From Candidatus Bathyarchaeota archaeon (lineage in GTDB: Archaea; Thermoproteota; Bathyarchaeia; 40CM-2-53-6), in NCBI GenBank assembly GCA_963833125.1, contig CAWHWX010000016.1, positions 224,001 to 288,000 of the forward strand: a stretch of DNA of 64,000 bases, written 5' to 3'. The position numbers and the translations under genes were made by a program. Of this stretch, positions 1 through 11,354 are shown in pieces (positions within the stretch are counted from its first letter, which is position 1; every line of letters begins with the position of its first letter). The notes beneath the pieces are model-generated. The model worked only from the letters and a program-made list of their open reading frames with translations. It ran no database searches and was not told the origin of the DNA.

Positions 1-1
1 G

Positions 2-199
2 AATGTTGAGCAAATCCTGGAAACCGCGGTCAACCAATTTGAAGGTGTGCATGGAATCACGAAAACTGAAACATTAATCGCTCGCCAATATTTCCGCCGA
101 ACACCGGACGCAACGGTCTCCGTCGGAACATTCGTCCCGCAATACGCATTCGATAGATTGAAAGATGGAACGGTTCTTGGGGCACAAGCCGTATCATAG
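2..199 (+). CDS. 5'-truncated Lrp/AsnC ligand-binding-domain protein
   Basis: Hand translation from base 2 gives ...EQILETAVNQFEGVHGITKTETLIA..., stop TAG at 197-199; matches the AsnC C-terminal 'GV..TET.I' pattern. Confidence 0.55.
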   Translation, partial: NVEQILETAVNQFEGVHGITKTETLIARQYFRRTPDATVSVGTFVPQYAFDRLKDGTVLGAQAVS

Positions 200-329
200 C
201 ATCGCCAATTCAAACGCTGCTACAGGATGAAGGATTGTATCCAGACGTTCGACTAGGTGGCAGCATATCGAAAAGAACATGTGCCGACATCTGGGAGATG
301 GTTTCGTAACCCGGAGTCTGGTGGGGTAG

Positions 330-917
330 TTGAAAGCCGAAGACGACAACAAGGTGAAGACTAAGCCACCCCTGCCTCCCGAAGACGGCCCGGAAACGGT
401 TCAGGATGAATTGCTTGAGGCGGTTATGCAAAAACAGGAAAGCGAGAGAAAAGCAGCGGAGTACCTTGACCGGCTTAAGAGACTACAGGCAGACATGGAG
501 AACGTACAGAAGATTACTCGGCGGCAAGTTCATGAAGTAACTTCGCAGGCTTCCGAAAGGTTGCTAACCAAACTTCTACCGACCCTCGATTCCTTGCAAC
601 AAGCCGTAAATGCCTCCACTACAGGCAACCCGCAGTTCGCTGACGAGGCTGCAGTTGGTTTAAGGCTCCTTCAGAAACAGCTAATCGAGGTACTTCAGAG
701 CGAAGGATTGGAAGAAATCTCTGCTATTGGCAAACCGCTGGATCCGGAGTTGCACGAAGTCGTCAGTTACGTAGAGACCGATGAGAAACCCGAGAACATT
801 GTTGTGGAGGAGATCCAGAGAGGTTACACTCTCAATGGCAAGGTAATTAGACCTAGTTTTGTCGTGGTCAGCAAGCACCCGCAGAAAAATGACCCTACTC
901 AGGCTGCAAGCGGGTAG
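330..917 (+). CDS. grpE: Nucleotide exchange factor GrpE
   Basis: RLQADMEN, DPELHEVV and GYTLNGKVIRPSFVVV motifs; directly upstream of dnaK. Confidence 0.95.
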   Translation: MKAEDDNKVKTKPPLPPEDGPETVQDELLEAVMQKQESERKAAEYLDRLKRLQADMENVQKITRRQVHEVTSQASERLLTKLLPTLDSLQQAVNASTTGNPQFADEAAVGLRLLQKQLIEVLQSEGLEEISAIGKPLDPELHEVVSYVETDEKPENIVVEEIQRGYTLNGKVIRPSFVVVSKHPQKNDPTQAASG

Positions 918-985
918 TCCCACAAGGTTTTTGAATTAAATCCTCGTTCCCTTGTTACGTCTAGTAACTAAAGGTGACATGAAAC

Positions 986-2878
986 TTGCCAAAGATCATT
1001 GGAATAGACCTTGGAACGAGTAATTCGGCCGCCGCGGCCATAATCGCCGGCCGTCCTACAATCATACCGAGCGCCGAAGGCACATCCGTCGCTGGGAAGG
1101 CGTTTCCGTCATATGTTGCCTTCACTAAGGATGGGCAGCTACTCGTTGGTGAACCTGCCAGGCGTCAAGCAGTTTCGAACCCAGAAGGCACTGTCATGGC
1201 GATCAAGCGCAAAATGGGCACCGATTACAAAGTCAAAATCTACGGTAAGGAATACACGCCACAACAAATTTCCGCATTTATTCTTCAGAAGATCAAACGG
1301 GATGCCGAGGCATTCCTGGCAGACAAAGTGGAGAAAGCCGTCATCACCGTGCCCGCATACTTCAATGACAACCAACGTCAGGCAACCAAAGACGCAGGCT
1401 CAATCGCGGGTCTTGAGGTAGTCCGAATAATCAACGAACCGACGGCAGCATCACTAGCGTACGGAATGGACCGTCCCGAGAAGGAAATGAAAATAATGGT
1501 TTTTGATTTGGGCGGCGGAACACTCGACGTGACACTTATGGAAGTTGGGCCCTCGAAAGACGAGACGGGAAAAGTGACTCCAGTCTTCACGGTTCTTGCC
1601 ACCAACGGAGACACACAGCTTGGTGGAACCGACATGGACAATGCAATCATCGATTATATCGCTGACGAATTCAAGAAAACAAACGGAATCGATCTTCGAA
1701 ACGATAAGGTCGCCATCCAACGCGTTAGGGAGGCCGGGGAGAAAGCGAAAATCGAACTCTCAACCGTCCTCACAACAGACATCAACCTGCCCTTCATCTC
1801 CGCCGATGCCTCAGGCGCCAAGCATCTAACCATGACGATGACTCGAGGCAAATTGGAAGAACTTGTCCGATCCCACCATAGACAGATGCCGAGGCCCGCT
1901 CGACCGCAGCCCTCACCGATTCCAAGCTTACACCAAAGGAAATCTCGAAGATCATCATGGTAGGCGGGCCTACTCGTATGCCAATCGTGAGAAAGTTCGT
2001 AGAAGACTACATGGGTAAAGGAGTTGAGAGTGGAGTTGATCCAATGGAATGCGTCGCGATGGGCGCTGCGATACAGGCCGGGTGTAATCGCAGGTGATGT
2101 CCACGATCTCCTTCTTCTCGATGTGACGCCACTGTCGCTCGGTGTCGAAACACTGGGCGGGGTTCTCACAAAACTAGTCGAAAGGAACACGACCATCCCT
2201 ACGAAGCGTACTCAAGTTTTCTCAACCGCCGCTGACTTCCAAACCACCGTCACTGTGCATGTGCTACAGGGAGAACGGCCTATGGCTTCGGATAACGTGT
2301 CACTCGGAATGTTCAACCTATCAGGCATTCCGCCAGCACCGAGAGGAGTTCCACAAATCGAAGTAACATTCGACATAGACGCTAACGGCATTCTAAGCGT
2401 AGCCGCCAAAGACCTTGCAACGAACAAAGAGCAGAAGATCACCATCACCGCCACAACCAAACTTCCCAAAGACGAGATTGAAAAGATGGTGAAACAGGCC
2501 GACCAGTTTGCTGCGGAGGATCTGAAGCGTAAGGAGGAGGCAGAACTTAGGAATTCAGCTGATAACTTGATCTACAGCGCTGAAAGGTTGACCAAAGAGT
2601 TAGCAGGCAAAGTGTCGAAAGAGCAATCCGAGCAAATTACCAGGGCCATCTCCGAACTTCGCGAATCCCTTGCCGGTAAGGACCTCGGAGCCATAAAACA
2701 GAAATTTGAAGCACTGCAGAAGATCTTGCAAGATGTCGGAACCGCTGCATATCAGCAAGTTTCTCAGCAGAAAGCGGGCACAGCAGGCGAACCTGGATCA
2801 ACGTCTCCACCTCCGCCGGGTGAGCAGAAAGAACAACCCGTCGATGTTGATTACAAGGTCGTAGATGATAAAAAGTAG
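986..2878 (+). CDS. dnaK: Chaperone DnaK (Hsp70); split by apparent indels near 1870 and 2080
   Basis: [38 protein letters not shown] and [12 protein letters not shown] motifs; ORFs 986-1963 and 2024-2878 are consecutive parts of one protein. Confidence 0.95.
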
Positions 2879-2902
2879 CGATGATATTGCGGCAGATCAG
2901 TA

Positions 2903-3989
2903 TTGTCGAAGCGTGACTATTACGATATACTTGGCGTGCAGCGGAACGCAACCAAGGACGAGATCAAATCCGAATATCGAAAACTAGCGGTAAAGTATCA
3001 CCCCGACCGGAACAAATCTCCCGACGCCGAGAGTAAATTCAAAGAAATCTCCGAAGCGTACGCAATCCTTTCAGACGATGAAAAACGGACGCAATATGAC
3101 CAGTTCGGCCACGCCGGAATCGACAATCGATACTCGACCGAGGATATCTTCCGCGGCGTCAATTTTGACGAGATCCTTAGGGACATCGGCTTCGGGTTCG
3201 GAGGCGGTTTCGGATCTATCTTTGACACATTTTTCGGGGGCAGACCAGTCGCGTGGACCCCAGCGAGGACAGGACATACGGTACGATATCGAGATATCTC
3301 TTGAACAGGCCTACGCGGGATTGGGGACCGAGATCGAGGTTCCTAGAACCGAACGATGCTCAGAATGCAACGGCTCAGGCGCCAAACCCGGTACTTCTCC
3401 GAAGAAGTGCCCAGAATGCGAGGCGCAGGACAAGTTCAACACGTCCAGAACGCAGGCTTCATACATTTCGCGCGAATTGAGCCATGTCAGGAAGTGCCGC
3501 GGTAAGGGGACAATAATGGAGAAACCCTGCAACCAATGTCATGGAGCAGGAATCGTCGAGCGTAACCGTCGTATCTCAGTAAAGATTCCGCAGGGCGTAG
3601 ACACTGGCTCCCAGCTACTCCTACGTGGCGAGGGAGACGCCCCTAACGGGAGCGGCCGACGAGGCGACCTATACGTCGTCGTTCACGTCAAATCGCATCA
3701 AACGTTTCGAAGAGAAGGGAATGATTTGATATGTAATGTGGACGTGAGTTTCTCTAGAGCGGCCCTAGGCGGTGATGTGCAGGTGCCAACATTGGATGGG
3801 CCAGCCAACATCATGGTGCCCGCCGGCACCCAAAGTGGAGCAATTTTCAGACTGAGAAAGAAAGGAATGCCGGAAATTCGCGAAAACGGTAAAGGCGACG
3901 AACTGGTGGTCGTCCAAGTTAAGACGCCAACAAATTTGACATCACATCAAAAGGAACTTGTTCAAGAGCTTTCCCGAGAGGGGCTCTGA
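2903..3989 (+). CDS. dnaJ: Chaperone DnaJ; frameshifted in this read
   Basis: J-domain with HPD, G/F-rich region, CxxCxGxG zinc-finger repeats and C-terminal domain spread over ORFs 2903-3304 and 3078-3989. Confidence 0.93.
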
Positions 3990-4002
3990 TCAGCCTCCAG
4001 TA

Positions 4003-4827
4003 TTATGGTCTAAGGAATGAAAACAACCTTCGATGAAGCCGCGGTCCGCCCGCTATTATTGAGCGTGAAAGACTTTCCCAACTTCCGCCCAACGAGTTCG
4101 TTATTCTCCCTCCGGCTTCTTCAACTATCAACGAACCAGCAAGCGGTTCATGAACGGGAGACTTGCGAAACACAGTGATCAATCCATCAAATCTTCCCGA
4201 CGCTACTGAACAAAGGTTCAACGCAATGCTTCCGGGCGATCGCAAGCTCCGTGTATACCTGTAGAGTCTCTTCTCTAACCCTAACGGGTCAGGTATCGAA
4301 GGCTCAGGCTCCCACCACTCGAAGATGAGAGCCGAGTTACGAAGCGCAGTTGCACTTGAGGCTCTGATCTTCTTTCCGTTTAGGAATGCTCCCTCCCCTC
4401 GGCTCGCCGTGAACATCTCTTCCAGTATTGGGTCGTAAATTGCTCCAACCACTGTCCTCCCACCCACCCTCACGCCGATCGAAACCGCGAAGTGCGGTAT
4501 TCGCTTTGCAAAGTTGAGTGTGCCATCCAGCGGATCCACTGCCCAGGTCACGTCGCCTGAACCAAACTGAACTCTGCCCGCCTCTTCGGAAACAACCGTG
4601 CCCTTGACCCCACTCCTCCGGATCCTTGAAAGAATCAATTTTTCTGATTCTAAGTCGGCATTAGTGACGATACTTCCAGCGTAATCGTACTTTCGTCGTA
4701 TCGATAATTTTCGCCGAAAGAGTGCTTTCAGCCTCTTTCCAGCTTCCTCAGCAGCGGACTCAGCCACTACAAGGAGAAAATCTGAATCGGGCTGTGGCAT
4801 GTTCCATCTATCCTGCCTGAAGGCCAT
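4003..4827 (-). CDS. suhB: Inositol monophosphatase family protein
   Basis: VTNADLESE, SEE, WAVDPLDGTLNF and EEAGG motifs. Confidence 0.88.
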   Translation of the reverse strand: MAFRQDRWNMPQPDSDFLLVVAESAAEEAGKRLKALFRRKLSIRRKYDYAGSIVTNADLESEKLILSRIRRSGVKGTVVSEEAGRVQFGSGDVTWAVDPLDGTLNFAKRIPHFAVSIGVRVGGRTVVGAIYDPILEEMFTASRGEGAFLNGKKIRASSATALRNSALIFEWWEPEPSIPDPLGLEKRLYRYTRSLRSPGSIALNLCSVASGRFDGLITVFRKSPVHEPLAGSLIVEEAGGRITNSLGGSWESLSRSIIAGGPRLHRRLFSFLRP

Positions 4828-5038
4828 CGACTAGTGCTCTCTGTCCTCTGCTCAACCATTCTTCCATAAGATCCATTACGAGAATCCCTACGCCAATGAG
4901 AATGAGAATCAAACCGACCGCAGCGAAGATTATCCAGTTCAGAGTCGGTGCATGTGACATCACCAGGATTGCTGAGAAGGCGAGGAGCAACACGCCGACA
5001 ACTATTAGAGAAATGGCGGCGGTCCCTCGATACCTCAA
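4808..5038 (-). CDS. Small two-TM membrane protein
   Basis: Two long hydrophobic segments; overlaps the start of the IMPase ORF. Confidence 0.6.
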   Translation of the reverse strand: MRYRGTAAISLIVVGVLLLAFSAILVMSHAPTLNWIIFAAVGLILILIGVGILVMDLMEEWLSRGQRALVDGLQAG

Positions 5039-5105
5039 GATTATTCGCGATGGGTCACCCTTTAGAACGTTTTAAAGTTCCCTAATGTCAAGTGAGGTTC
5101 GTTAA

Positions 5106-5606
5106 GTGATCAGGATGGATTGGCTTCCGGAATTCGTCCAAGAATATCTGAGTTTCAAAGGAAAATGCTTTAGGCATTGCGACAAACACACTTCAATGAA
5201 AGTGTTGGTCGAGGACCCGACACGGGTCGTAGGGGCCTACGTTTGCCCTGATGCATTCGTATCCCAAGTTGTCTATTTCAGCCAAAAACCTGACCTGAAA
5301 TGGTTCACCGACAAGCTGACAAGCGAAGTCGGACGGGAGAACTTTACAGCCAACGACGTTCGAGTCGCCTCACGACACGGATGGGAACTTGGGGGAAAAG
5401 CCCTTGAAACTCTCGAAGAAAAGGCCGGAAGCAATTCGACGATCACTGAGGCCTATTGGACTAGATATGCACAGACGGATGCTGAGAAAGAGGTCGCCAT
5501 TTCCCTTTGCATTGGCGACCGGTCGCGGCTAGGATGCTTGAAACTCTTTGCACACGCCCGCGAGTTGGTTGAGAGCTTTTGCCCGACTTGTAAATCCAAA
5601 ATCTAG
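5106..5606 (+). CDS. Hypothetical Cys/His-rich protein
   Basis: 166-aa ORF with CFRHCDKH, YVCPD and terminal CPTC; no family recognised. Confidence 0.6.
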   Translation: MIRMDWLPEFVQEYLSFKGKCFRHCDKHTSMKVLVEDPTRVVGAYVCPDAFVSQVVYFSQKPDLKWFTDKLTSEVGRENFTANDVRVASRHGWELGGKALETLEEKAGSNSTITEAYWTRYAQTDAEKEVAISLCIGDRSRLGCLKLFAHARELVESFCPTCKSKI

Positions 5607-5625
5607 CGTGTATTTGACGTATGGG

Positions 5626-5970
5626 CTAGTTCGTTTTCTTAGAGCTCTTTAGCTTGGACTGGTAGTATTGACTTGCGAAGAAGTCATCCCAGCGAGCCCT
5701 TGTCACGTCAACGGCTTCCGAGAATCCTGTAAAGACATGTTTGATTTTACCATCCTCCTCGAAGAACACTTGAGGAATGAGATAATCATCAGAGGGATCT
5801 CCATAGTCGTTGACCAAGGAATCTGCAATCCTCTCCTGCTCCGGGTCGTCTATGTCAAGCAGCCGCAACTCAACTCCGAGTTGTTTGGCCATCAGTTCGC
5901 CCTTCTCTGACGAGAGGGGGACACAGTGGGGACACCATTGGGCAACCACGATTGTAATTCTATCCAGCAT
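5626..5970 (-). CDS. Thioredoxin/glutaredoxin-fold protein
   Basis: WCPHC active-site motif and cis-Pro loop LIPQVFF. Confidence 0.8.
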   Translation of the reverse strand: MLDRITIVVAQWCPHCVPLSSEKGELMAKQLGVELRLLDIDDPEQERIADSLVNDYGDPSDDYLIPQVFFEEDGKIKHVFTGFSEAVDVTRARWDDFFASQYYQSKLKSSKKTN

Positions 5971-6053
5971 GAGGAAACATCACACTATATCACAGTCGAA
6001 AAGGTACATTTACCTTTAATCCTCACCTTAGTGGTTTCAAGGTCAGACCTGAA

Positions 6054-6728
6054 ATGAACGACGACCGCTTCGCGAAGGCAATAGTGATTAGCGATTTTGA
6101 CGGGACGATTGTCAACGTCGATACAGCACAGGTAGCCTTGGATCTCTTCGCAGACCCCAAGTGGAAGCTGATAGATGAAGCCCTTGAGAAGGGCGAACTT
6201 TCGTTTGAAGACTCTCTGCAGCAGCAATACGCCATGATTCGAGTCTCACAGGAAACCATCCTAGAACAGCTGGATCGGGTCGCTGTTCTCAGGCCGAACT
6301 TTGGGAGGCTAGTCGAGCATTGTACGTCAAATAACCTACCGCTCGTGGTTGCGAGCGGAGGGTTCGACTTTTGCATCCGTCACTTTCTCAATCGAGATGA
6401 GTGGTTGAAATTCATACAGATTTACGCTCCCACATCGCGATTCACTGAAAATGGTTACGCTCTAACCTTTCCGAAAATTATCTCCCCCTCTTCAATAAAC
6501 TTCAAAGACGATTTGGTCAGCCAGGAAAAGTTGAAGGGCAAACGAGTTTTCTTCGTCGGAAATGGGTTTGGTGATTATCCCGCTGCTAAAGAATCGGACG
6601 TTGCGTTTGCTATCAAGGCTTCGAGACTGGCAGAACTTTGCAGAGATGGCAACGTTCCACACAAAGAAATAGATGACTTCCAGGAAGTCGTCGACGTTTT
6701 GAGTGTTCAGTTCCGTGCGGGTCCTTGA
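6054..6728 (+). CDS. HAD-superfamily phosphatase, MtnX-like
   Basis: SDFDGTI motif I, VASGG motif II, GNGFGD motif IV. Confidence 0.85.
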   Translation: MNDDRFAKAIVISDFDGTIVNVDTAQVALDLFADPKWKLIDEALEKGELSFEDSLQQQYAMIRVSQETILEQLDRVAVLRPNFGRLVEHCTSNNLPLVVASGGFDFCIRHFLNRDEWLKFIQIYAPTSRFTENGYALTFPKIISPSSINFKDDLVSQEKLKGKRVFFVGNGFGDYPAAKESDVAFAIKASRLAELCRDGNVPHKEIDDFQEVVDVLSVQFRAGP

Positions 6729-6776
6729 AAATAAGTTTTATTTGACTTACGATTACCCGACTCGCAGTGAAATAGA

Positions 6777-7667
6777 ATGATCGTGATTGGGGGGCCAACC
6801 TCCGAAGCCCTGGCGTCAAAGGTCGCAAAGGAATTGGGTGTTGAGTTAGGAGGATTGGAGGTTCGGAGATTTCCCGACGGTGAGAAATATCTCAGAGTCC
6901 TTAGTGAGGTAAACGGTCAAACAGTTGCTGTTGTTCAGTCAATTCATCATACGCCGGACGAATTGTTGTTCGAATACCTTCTGATGGCTGACGCTTTGAA
7001 GGATCTAGGCGCCAAGAGGGTCATTGCCTTCATACCTTATTTCGCCTACGCGAGGCAGGACGAACGCTTCAAGCCCGGTGAGGCGTTGAGTTTCAAAACC
7101 GTGAGCAAACTGATCGAATGCGTAGGAACCGACGAAATCTACACGATTGACATGCATCAGCATCGAGTCGTTAAGTCCTCTGACGCCTTCAGAATCCCCG
7201 CCCACAACCTCTCCGCTATGACACTTTTAGCAGATTACGTGAGGAAAGGTGGAAAGCTGGAGAAACCTCTTGTGATTGGCCCAGATGCGGAGGCTGAACA
7301 GTGGGCGAAGATTGCGGCGGAAAGGTTGGGGACTGATTACGATGTTTTTGAGAAGAGAAGGTTGGGCGACGCTCATGTTGAGGTTCGTCCTAGAAAATCG
7401 AATGCTCATGGACGCGACGTGTTGATCGTTGATGACATCATCAGCACCGGGGGCACGATTGTAGAAGCGGTGAAGATCCTAAAGTCCCAAGGTGCTCAGA
7501 AAATACAAGTCGCATGTACCCATGCGATACTAGCACCAGGGGCCCTCGACAAGATCAATTCCGCTGGAGTACAAGACGTAGTTGGAACCGATACCGTCCC
7601 AAGCCCAATCAGCCGCGTCACGGTTGCGCCACTCATCGCCGACCAGTTGAGGAAGACAGCTAACTAA
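6777..7667 (+). CDS. prs: Ribose-phosphate pyrophosphokinase
   Basis: FPDGEKY, PYFAYARQD and VLIVDDIISTGGT motifs. Confidence 0.95.
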   Translation: MIVIGGPTSEALASKVAKELGVELGGLEVRRFPDGEKYLRVLSEVNGQTVAVVQSIHHTPDELLFEYLLMADALKDLGAKRVIAFIPYFAYARQDERFKPGEALSFKTVSKLIECVGTDEIYTIDMHQHRVVKSSDAFRIPAHNLSAMTLLADYVRKGGKLEKPLVIGPDAEAEQWAKIAAERLGTDYDVFEKRRLGDAHVEVRPRKSNAHGRDVLIVDDIISTGGTIVEAVKILKSQGAQKIQVACTHAILAPGALDKINSAGVQDVVGTDTVPSPISRVTVAPLIADQLRKTAN

Positions 7668-8614
7668 CCAAGATACTTCATTAGCGCAGTCCGATTAGGA
7701 CTCCCGCGTGTCTCAGGTCTTGTGGCGTTTAGTCCTGCTGTGAAGTTAGCCCACTTCAGGGCCTCCAACTCAGGTCGGCGCTCGCTTATTGCGGCTACAA
7801 AGGCGCCAAGAAAAGCGTCGCCACAGCCTACCGTATTTACGACCCTCAATCCAGCCCGCTTCAAGTCTAAGCCTGGTGACACGATCCTTTTCTTTTCGCT
7901 GTACATTACGGAGCCCTTAGCCCCCAGTTTCATTATCACCTTGAGGTTTGGGTTGGCGCGCTGGAGTTTGCGTGCTGCCCTAGCTTGGGTCTTCGTTCCT
8001 GTTAGAAATCCAACTTCGGATTCGTTGGCCAAAAAATAGTCGACGTTTCGCAGAAGCGAACTTATTGTGTCGTAGCCCAACTGGGACTTAACGCCGGGAT
8101 CCCAAGCCACAATCTTGCCCATCTTCTTGGCTAATTGGGCCAGCTTTAGCGATGTCGGGAATGGTGGATCCATAATAGTGATTATGCTCGCGTTTTCAAT
8201 CAGATTACGCCGGTTGGCATCGTCTAGATCTTCGGGCAGAATCGTTGCATTTGCTCCAAAATAGGTGTGGATCACATTTTCGCCCGTTTTATCCACGACA
8301 ATGTGGGCTTGCCCAGATTGAATTGAGTCGTTGCGTTTTAGTCCTGAACAGTCTACTCCTTCCTCCTTGAAGATTCTTGTATGCTCCGAGGCGACCCAAT
8401 CGTTACCTACCGCGCCCATGATCGCCACGTTGTTAGGGCCTAGAAGTCTCGCAGCCGCAACAGCGGCATTTCCTCCTTTTCCTCCCGGGAGGTGGCTGAT
8501 TTTGCGAACAACCACCTCTACACCTCGTCGAGGGAACTTATCCACGAAGAGTGTCGTGTCCCAGTTTATCGCTCCTACAACGACCGTGGTAACCATGGAT
8601 GAGCCCGCACCCAC
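7664..8614 (-). CDS. rbsK: PfkB-family carbohydrate kinase (ribokinase-like)
   Basis: GGKGGNAAVAAARL, ANESE and VNTVGCGDAF motifs. Confidence 0.85.
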   Translation of the reverse strand: MGAGSSMVTTVVVGAINWDTTLFVDKFPRRGVEVVVRKISHLPGGKGGNAAVAAARLLGPNNVAIMGAVGNDWVASEHTRIFKEEGVDCSGLKRNDSIQSGQAHIVVDKTGENVIHTYFGANATILPEDLDDANRRNLIENASIITIMDPPFPTSLKLAQLAKKMGKIVAWDPGVKSQLGYDTISSLLRNVDYFLANESEVGFLTGTKTQARAARKLQRANPNLKVIMKLGAKGSVMYSEKKRIVSPGLDLKRAGLRVVNTVGCGDAFLGAFVAAISERRPELEALKWANFTAGLNATRPETRGSPNRTALMKYLG

Positions 8615-8705
8615 TATGGTGGACCCAGATTTCCTTTTATGTTTAGGTCCTACGATTGTGGTTCATCTGAGAAAGCGTGGTCGTAAGGTCGCGTAGGCGA
8701 GCAAG

Positions 8706-10256
8706 TTGACACGCAAGTTGCCAATTCACTCCACTGTGTTCGTTAGAGAGGCAACCGGCCTGACTAAGCGGGTTTCATTATTCGATGCGGTCGCCATCAA
8801 CGTCAGCTACATGTCGGTCGGTCCAGCACTTGCCCTTGTAGGATACACTATGCTCGCTTTGCCAACTATCTCCGGAGTAAATTTGGTTCTGGGATCGGCA
8901 ATAGCGGCGATTCTAGCTGTCCCACAAGCAATCGTTTACACGATGCTCTCCAGACGAATCTCGAGGACTGGTGGAGATTACGTCTGGATTTCTAGATCGT
9001 TGGGAGGTTTTGTTGGAAGCATCATGACGTTTACGGGCATAACGCTTGAAACGATGCCCTATCTCGCCTTAATTGCATTGTCGGCGGTCTTTGCAATAGG
9101 TTCGATTGGGGTGGCGCTTGGATATTCCAACATGCTGGGGCTTGCCTTACCCGGAAATGTGTTGGGAGGCGACCCGCTCTCTCAATTCCTACTCGCATCT
9201 TCATTGTTGATAATTCTCATTGCGATCAATATCATAAGGCCCAGGATCGGTTTCAAGATAATCTCGATTTTCTGGGTAATTGGGATAATCGCGATGGCGG
9301 TTGCGACCCTCGCTCTACTCTATGCTGGGAAAGCCGGCGTAGAAAACTATGTTAACGGGTTAGGGATCGCGAATCTCACCTACACGTCCGTCGCGAACTC
9401 CTACTCTGGATCAACGTTCGATTTGCGGTCTACTCTACTCATGATGCCATACTTCGCATTGTTTACCTATCCCTGGTTCAACGCAGCTCCCTCGGTTGGC
9501 TCAGAGCTACAGGGAAAGGCCCCAAGGTGGAACGTTCCGATTTCGTTGGCCTTTGCATTCCTGATAGTCACAATCCCCTTTGCGGCCATGTACTATGCCG
9601 CAGGGTTTCCGTTCACAACCGCAGCCTTCGCTAATTCAGCTCTAGTTTACGACCATTCATTCAACTTCTGGACGCTTGCAATGGGAGTCTCCGGCAACTT
9701 TGCAGAGGCATTCCTGATCGGGCTCGGCTGGGTTGTGCTGACGGTAGCGATTCTCGCGTTCGGCATAATAACAATCTCAAGATACATGTTGGCGCAAGCT
9801 TTTGACAGATTCCTTCCTTCAAAGCTCGCATACGTCAGCCCAAAGTACGGTTCACCGATCGTAGCCCATCTGGTAGATCTTGTAGTAACAGTCGTCCTGA
9901 TCGGTTTGGCCGCCTTCCTCTACGGAACGATATCCTCACTTTACGGAGTTTTGGTCGCCTCGATGGTATACTTCGCCCTGGTGGGCATCGGCGCAGTAGT
10001 CTACGCATTCAGGAGGGAGAAGGGGTGGACGAAGTTTTCGCTCGCAACTGCCGGCGTGCTCCAAGCGCTTGTTTTCGCATACTTGACCTACGGATTTCTC
10101 GAGTACCCAAACATTTGGGGCGGCAACGAACTAGCTTACGGTTACATTGCGTTATCTCTCGCGCTATCCGTTGTGATTTACATCGTCGCCAGCTACCTGC
10201 GGTCAAGGGAAGGAATGAGCATCTCCTTAGCTTTCAAGGAGATCCCCCCAGAGTAG
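8706..10256 (+). CDS. APC-family amino acid permease
   Basis: FVREATGL start, RTGGDYVWISR motif, about 12 hydrophobic segments. Confidence 0.88.
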   Translation: MTRKLPIHSTVFVREATGLTKRVSLFDAVAINVSYMSVGPALALVGYTMLALPTISGVNLVLGSAIAAILAVPQAIVYTMLSRRISRTGGDYVWISRSLGGFVGSIMTFTGITLETMPYLALIALSAVFAIGSIGVALGYSNMLGLALPGNVLGGDPLSQFLLASSLLIILIAINIIRPRIGFKIISIFWVIGIIAMAVATLALLYAGKAGVENYVNGLGIANLTYTSVANSYSGSTFDLRSTLLMMPYFALFTYPWFNAAPSVGSELQGKAPRWNVPISLAFAFLIVTIPFAAMYYAAGFPFTTAAFANSALVYDHSFNFWTLAMGVSGNFAEAFLIGLGWVVLTVAILAFGIITISRYMLAQAFDRFLPSKLAYVSPKYGSPIVAHLVDLVVTVVLIGLAAFLYGTISSLYGVLVASMVYFALVGIGAVVYAFRREKGWTKFSLATAGVLQALVFAYLTYGFLEYPNIWGGNELAYGYIALSLALSVVIYIVASYLRSREGMSISLAFKEIPPE

Positions 10257-10286
10257 GGTCTTTCACAACCTGCTCGATCGGTCGAA

Positions 10287-10994
10287 TCAAGTTGGCTTCG
10301 TTTTCCCTTCGTAAGGACACAGACTGTTGACGGGACATGTGGGGCAGAGAGGACGTTGGGCCTTGCATATTCTCCGGCCAAGAGCCATGAAATATAGAGG
10401 AACGAATCGATAGTCTACTTCGAGGAATTCTTGCATCAGCGCGGATCTAATTTCCTTATACCTGGCTTTTGGCGGTGCTAGACCGAGGCGTTTCGAGACT
10501 CGATCTACGTGTGTGTCAACAGAGATAGTTGGCCTGCCCCAAATGCTGAGCAGCACGTCTGCGGTCTTAGGGCCGACATTGGGCAATTCCTGAAGACGCT
10601 CACGTACTTGCTCGAAAGAACCGTCCAACGCTGAGGCGAAATTACCAGAATATTTATCGCCAACAACTCTCGCAAGTTGCTTCAGGGCTTTAGCCTTCTG
10701 TTTGTGCAGTCCTGCGACGTGGATTGCTTTCTCGATGGTTGGAACCCGCGCCTTGCTTAGGGCGGAAACCGAGACACCAACTCTCCGGTCTAAGATTTCG
10801 TACGCTCGGAGTGCGGCGACATCGGTGCAGTTCTGTGAGAGGATTGTGACAACTAGTACGCGGAAAGGATCACCGGATTCCTTAGCTACACGTGAAGCAG
10901 CAAAATCCTCTTCACGGATTGGTATGCTCCCGCGAAGTATCTTTAGGATTTGTTGGGCTCGCTTTTTATCCGCGACGAAGACGGTTTTGTCCAA
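10287..10994 (-). CDS. nth: Endonuclease III
   Basis: HhH motif LPNVGPKTAD, VDTHVDRV, and Fe-S motif CxxxxxxCxxCxxxxxC. Confidence 0.93.
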   Translation of the reverse strand: MDKTVFVADKKRAQQILKILRGSIPIREEDFAASRVAKESGDPFRVLVVTILSQNCTDVAALRAYEILDRRVGVSVSALSKARVPTIEKAIHVAGLHKQKAKALKQLARVVGDKYSGNFASALDGSFEQVRERLQELPNVGPKTADVLLSIWGRPTISVDTHVDRVSKRLGLAPPKARYKEIRSALMQEFLEVDYRFVPLYFMALGRRICKAQRPLCPTCPVNSLCPYEGKTKPT

Positions 10995-11006
10995 CTTTTG
11001 TATTCT

Positions 11007-11351
11007 TCACGCCAACGCATTCGCGATCAGGATTGTTCTCGTCCCATAAATTAGCAATAAGATGCCTGCGACGGAGAGTATCCATGTAACTCCACGTTCC
11101 CAGTTTGTGCCTTGGTGGAACTCTATCAAAATGATCCTGACTCCGTTCAGTGCGTGGTAGTCCACGAAGAGCAGCAGTAGCTCAAGCGTGATTGCTAGTA
11201 GGATGTTTCTGTAGACCATTATCACGCTGCTAAAGGCGAGGTTCTGGAGGTAAGAGCCTGTAAGGAAGACGGTGAATAGGTGTACTCCTCCAGCTACGAG
11301 GATTCCTAGGCCTGTCGCGTAATGGAGAAGCATCCTAGTGGATTCTTTCAT
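11007..11351 (-). CDS. Succinate dehydrogenase hydrophobic anchor (SdhD-like)
   Basis: Three TM segments; LHYATG, GVHL and YHALNGVRIIL motifs. Confidence 0.75.
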   Translation of the reverse strand: MKESTRMLLHYATGLGILVAGGVHLFTVFLTGSYLQNLAFSSVIMVYRNILLAITLELLLLFVDYHALNGVRIILIEFHQGTNWERGVTWILSVAGILLLIYGTRTILIANALA

Positions 11352-11354
11352 GTC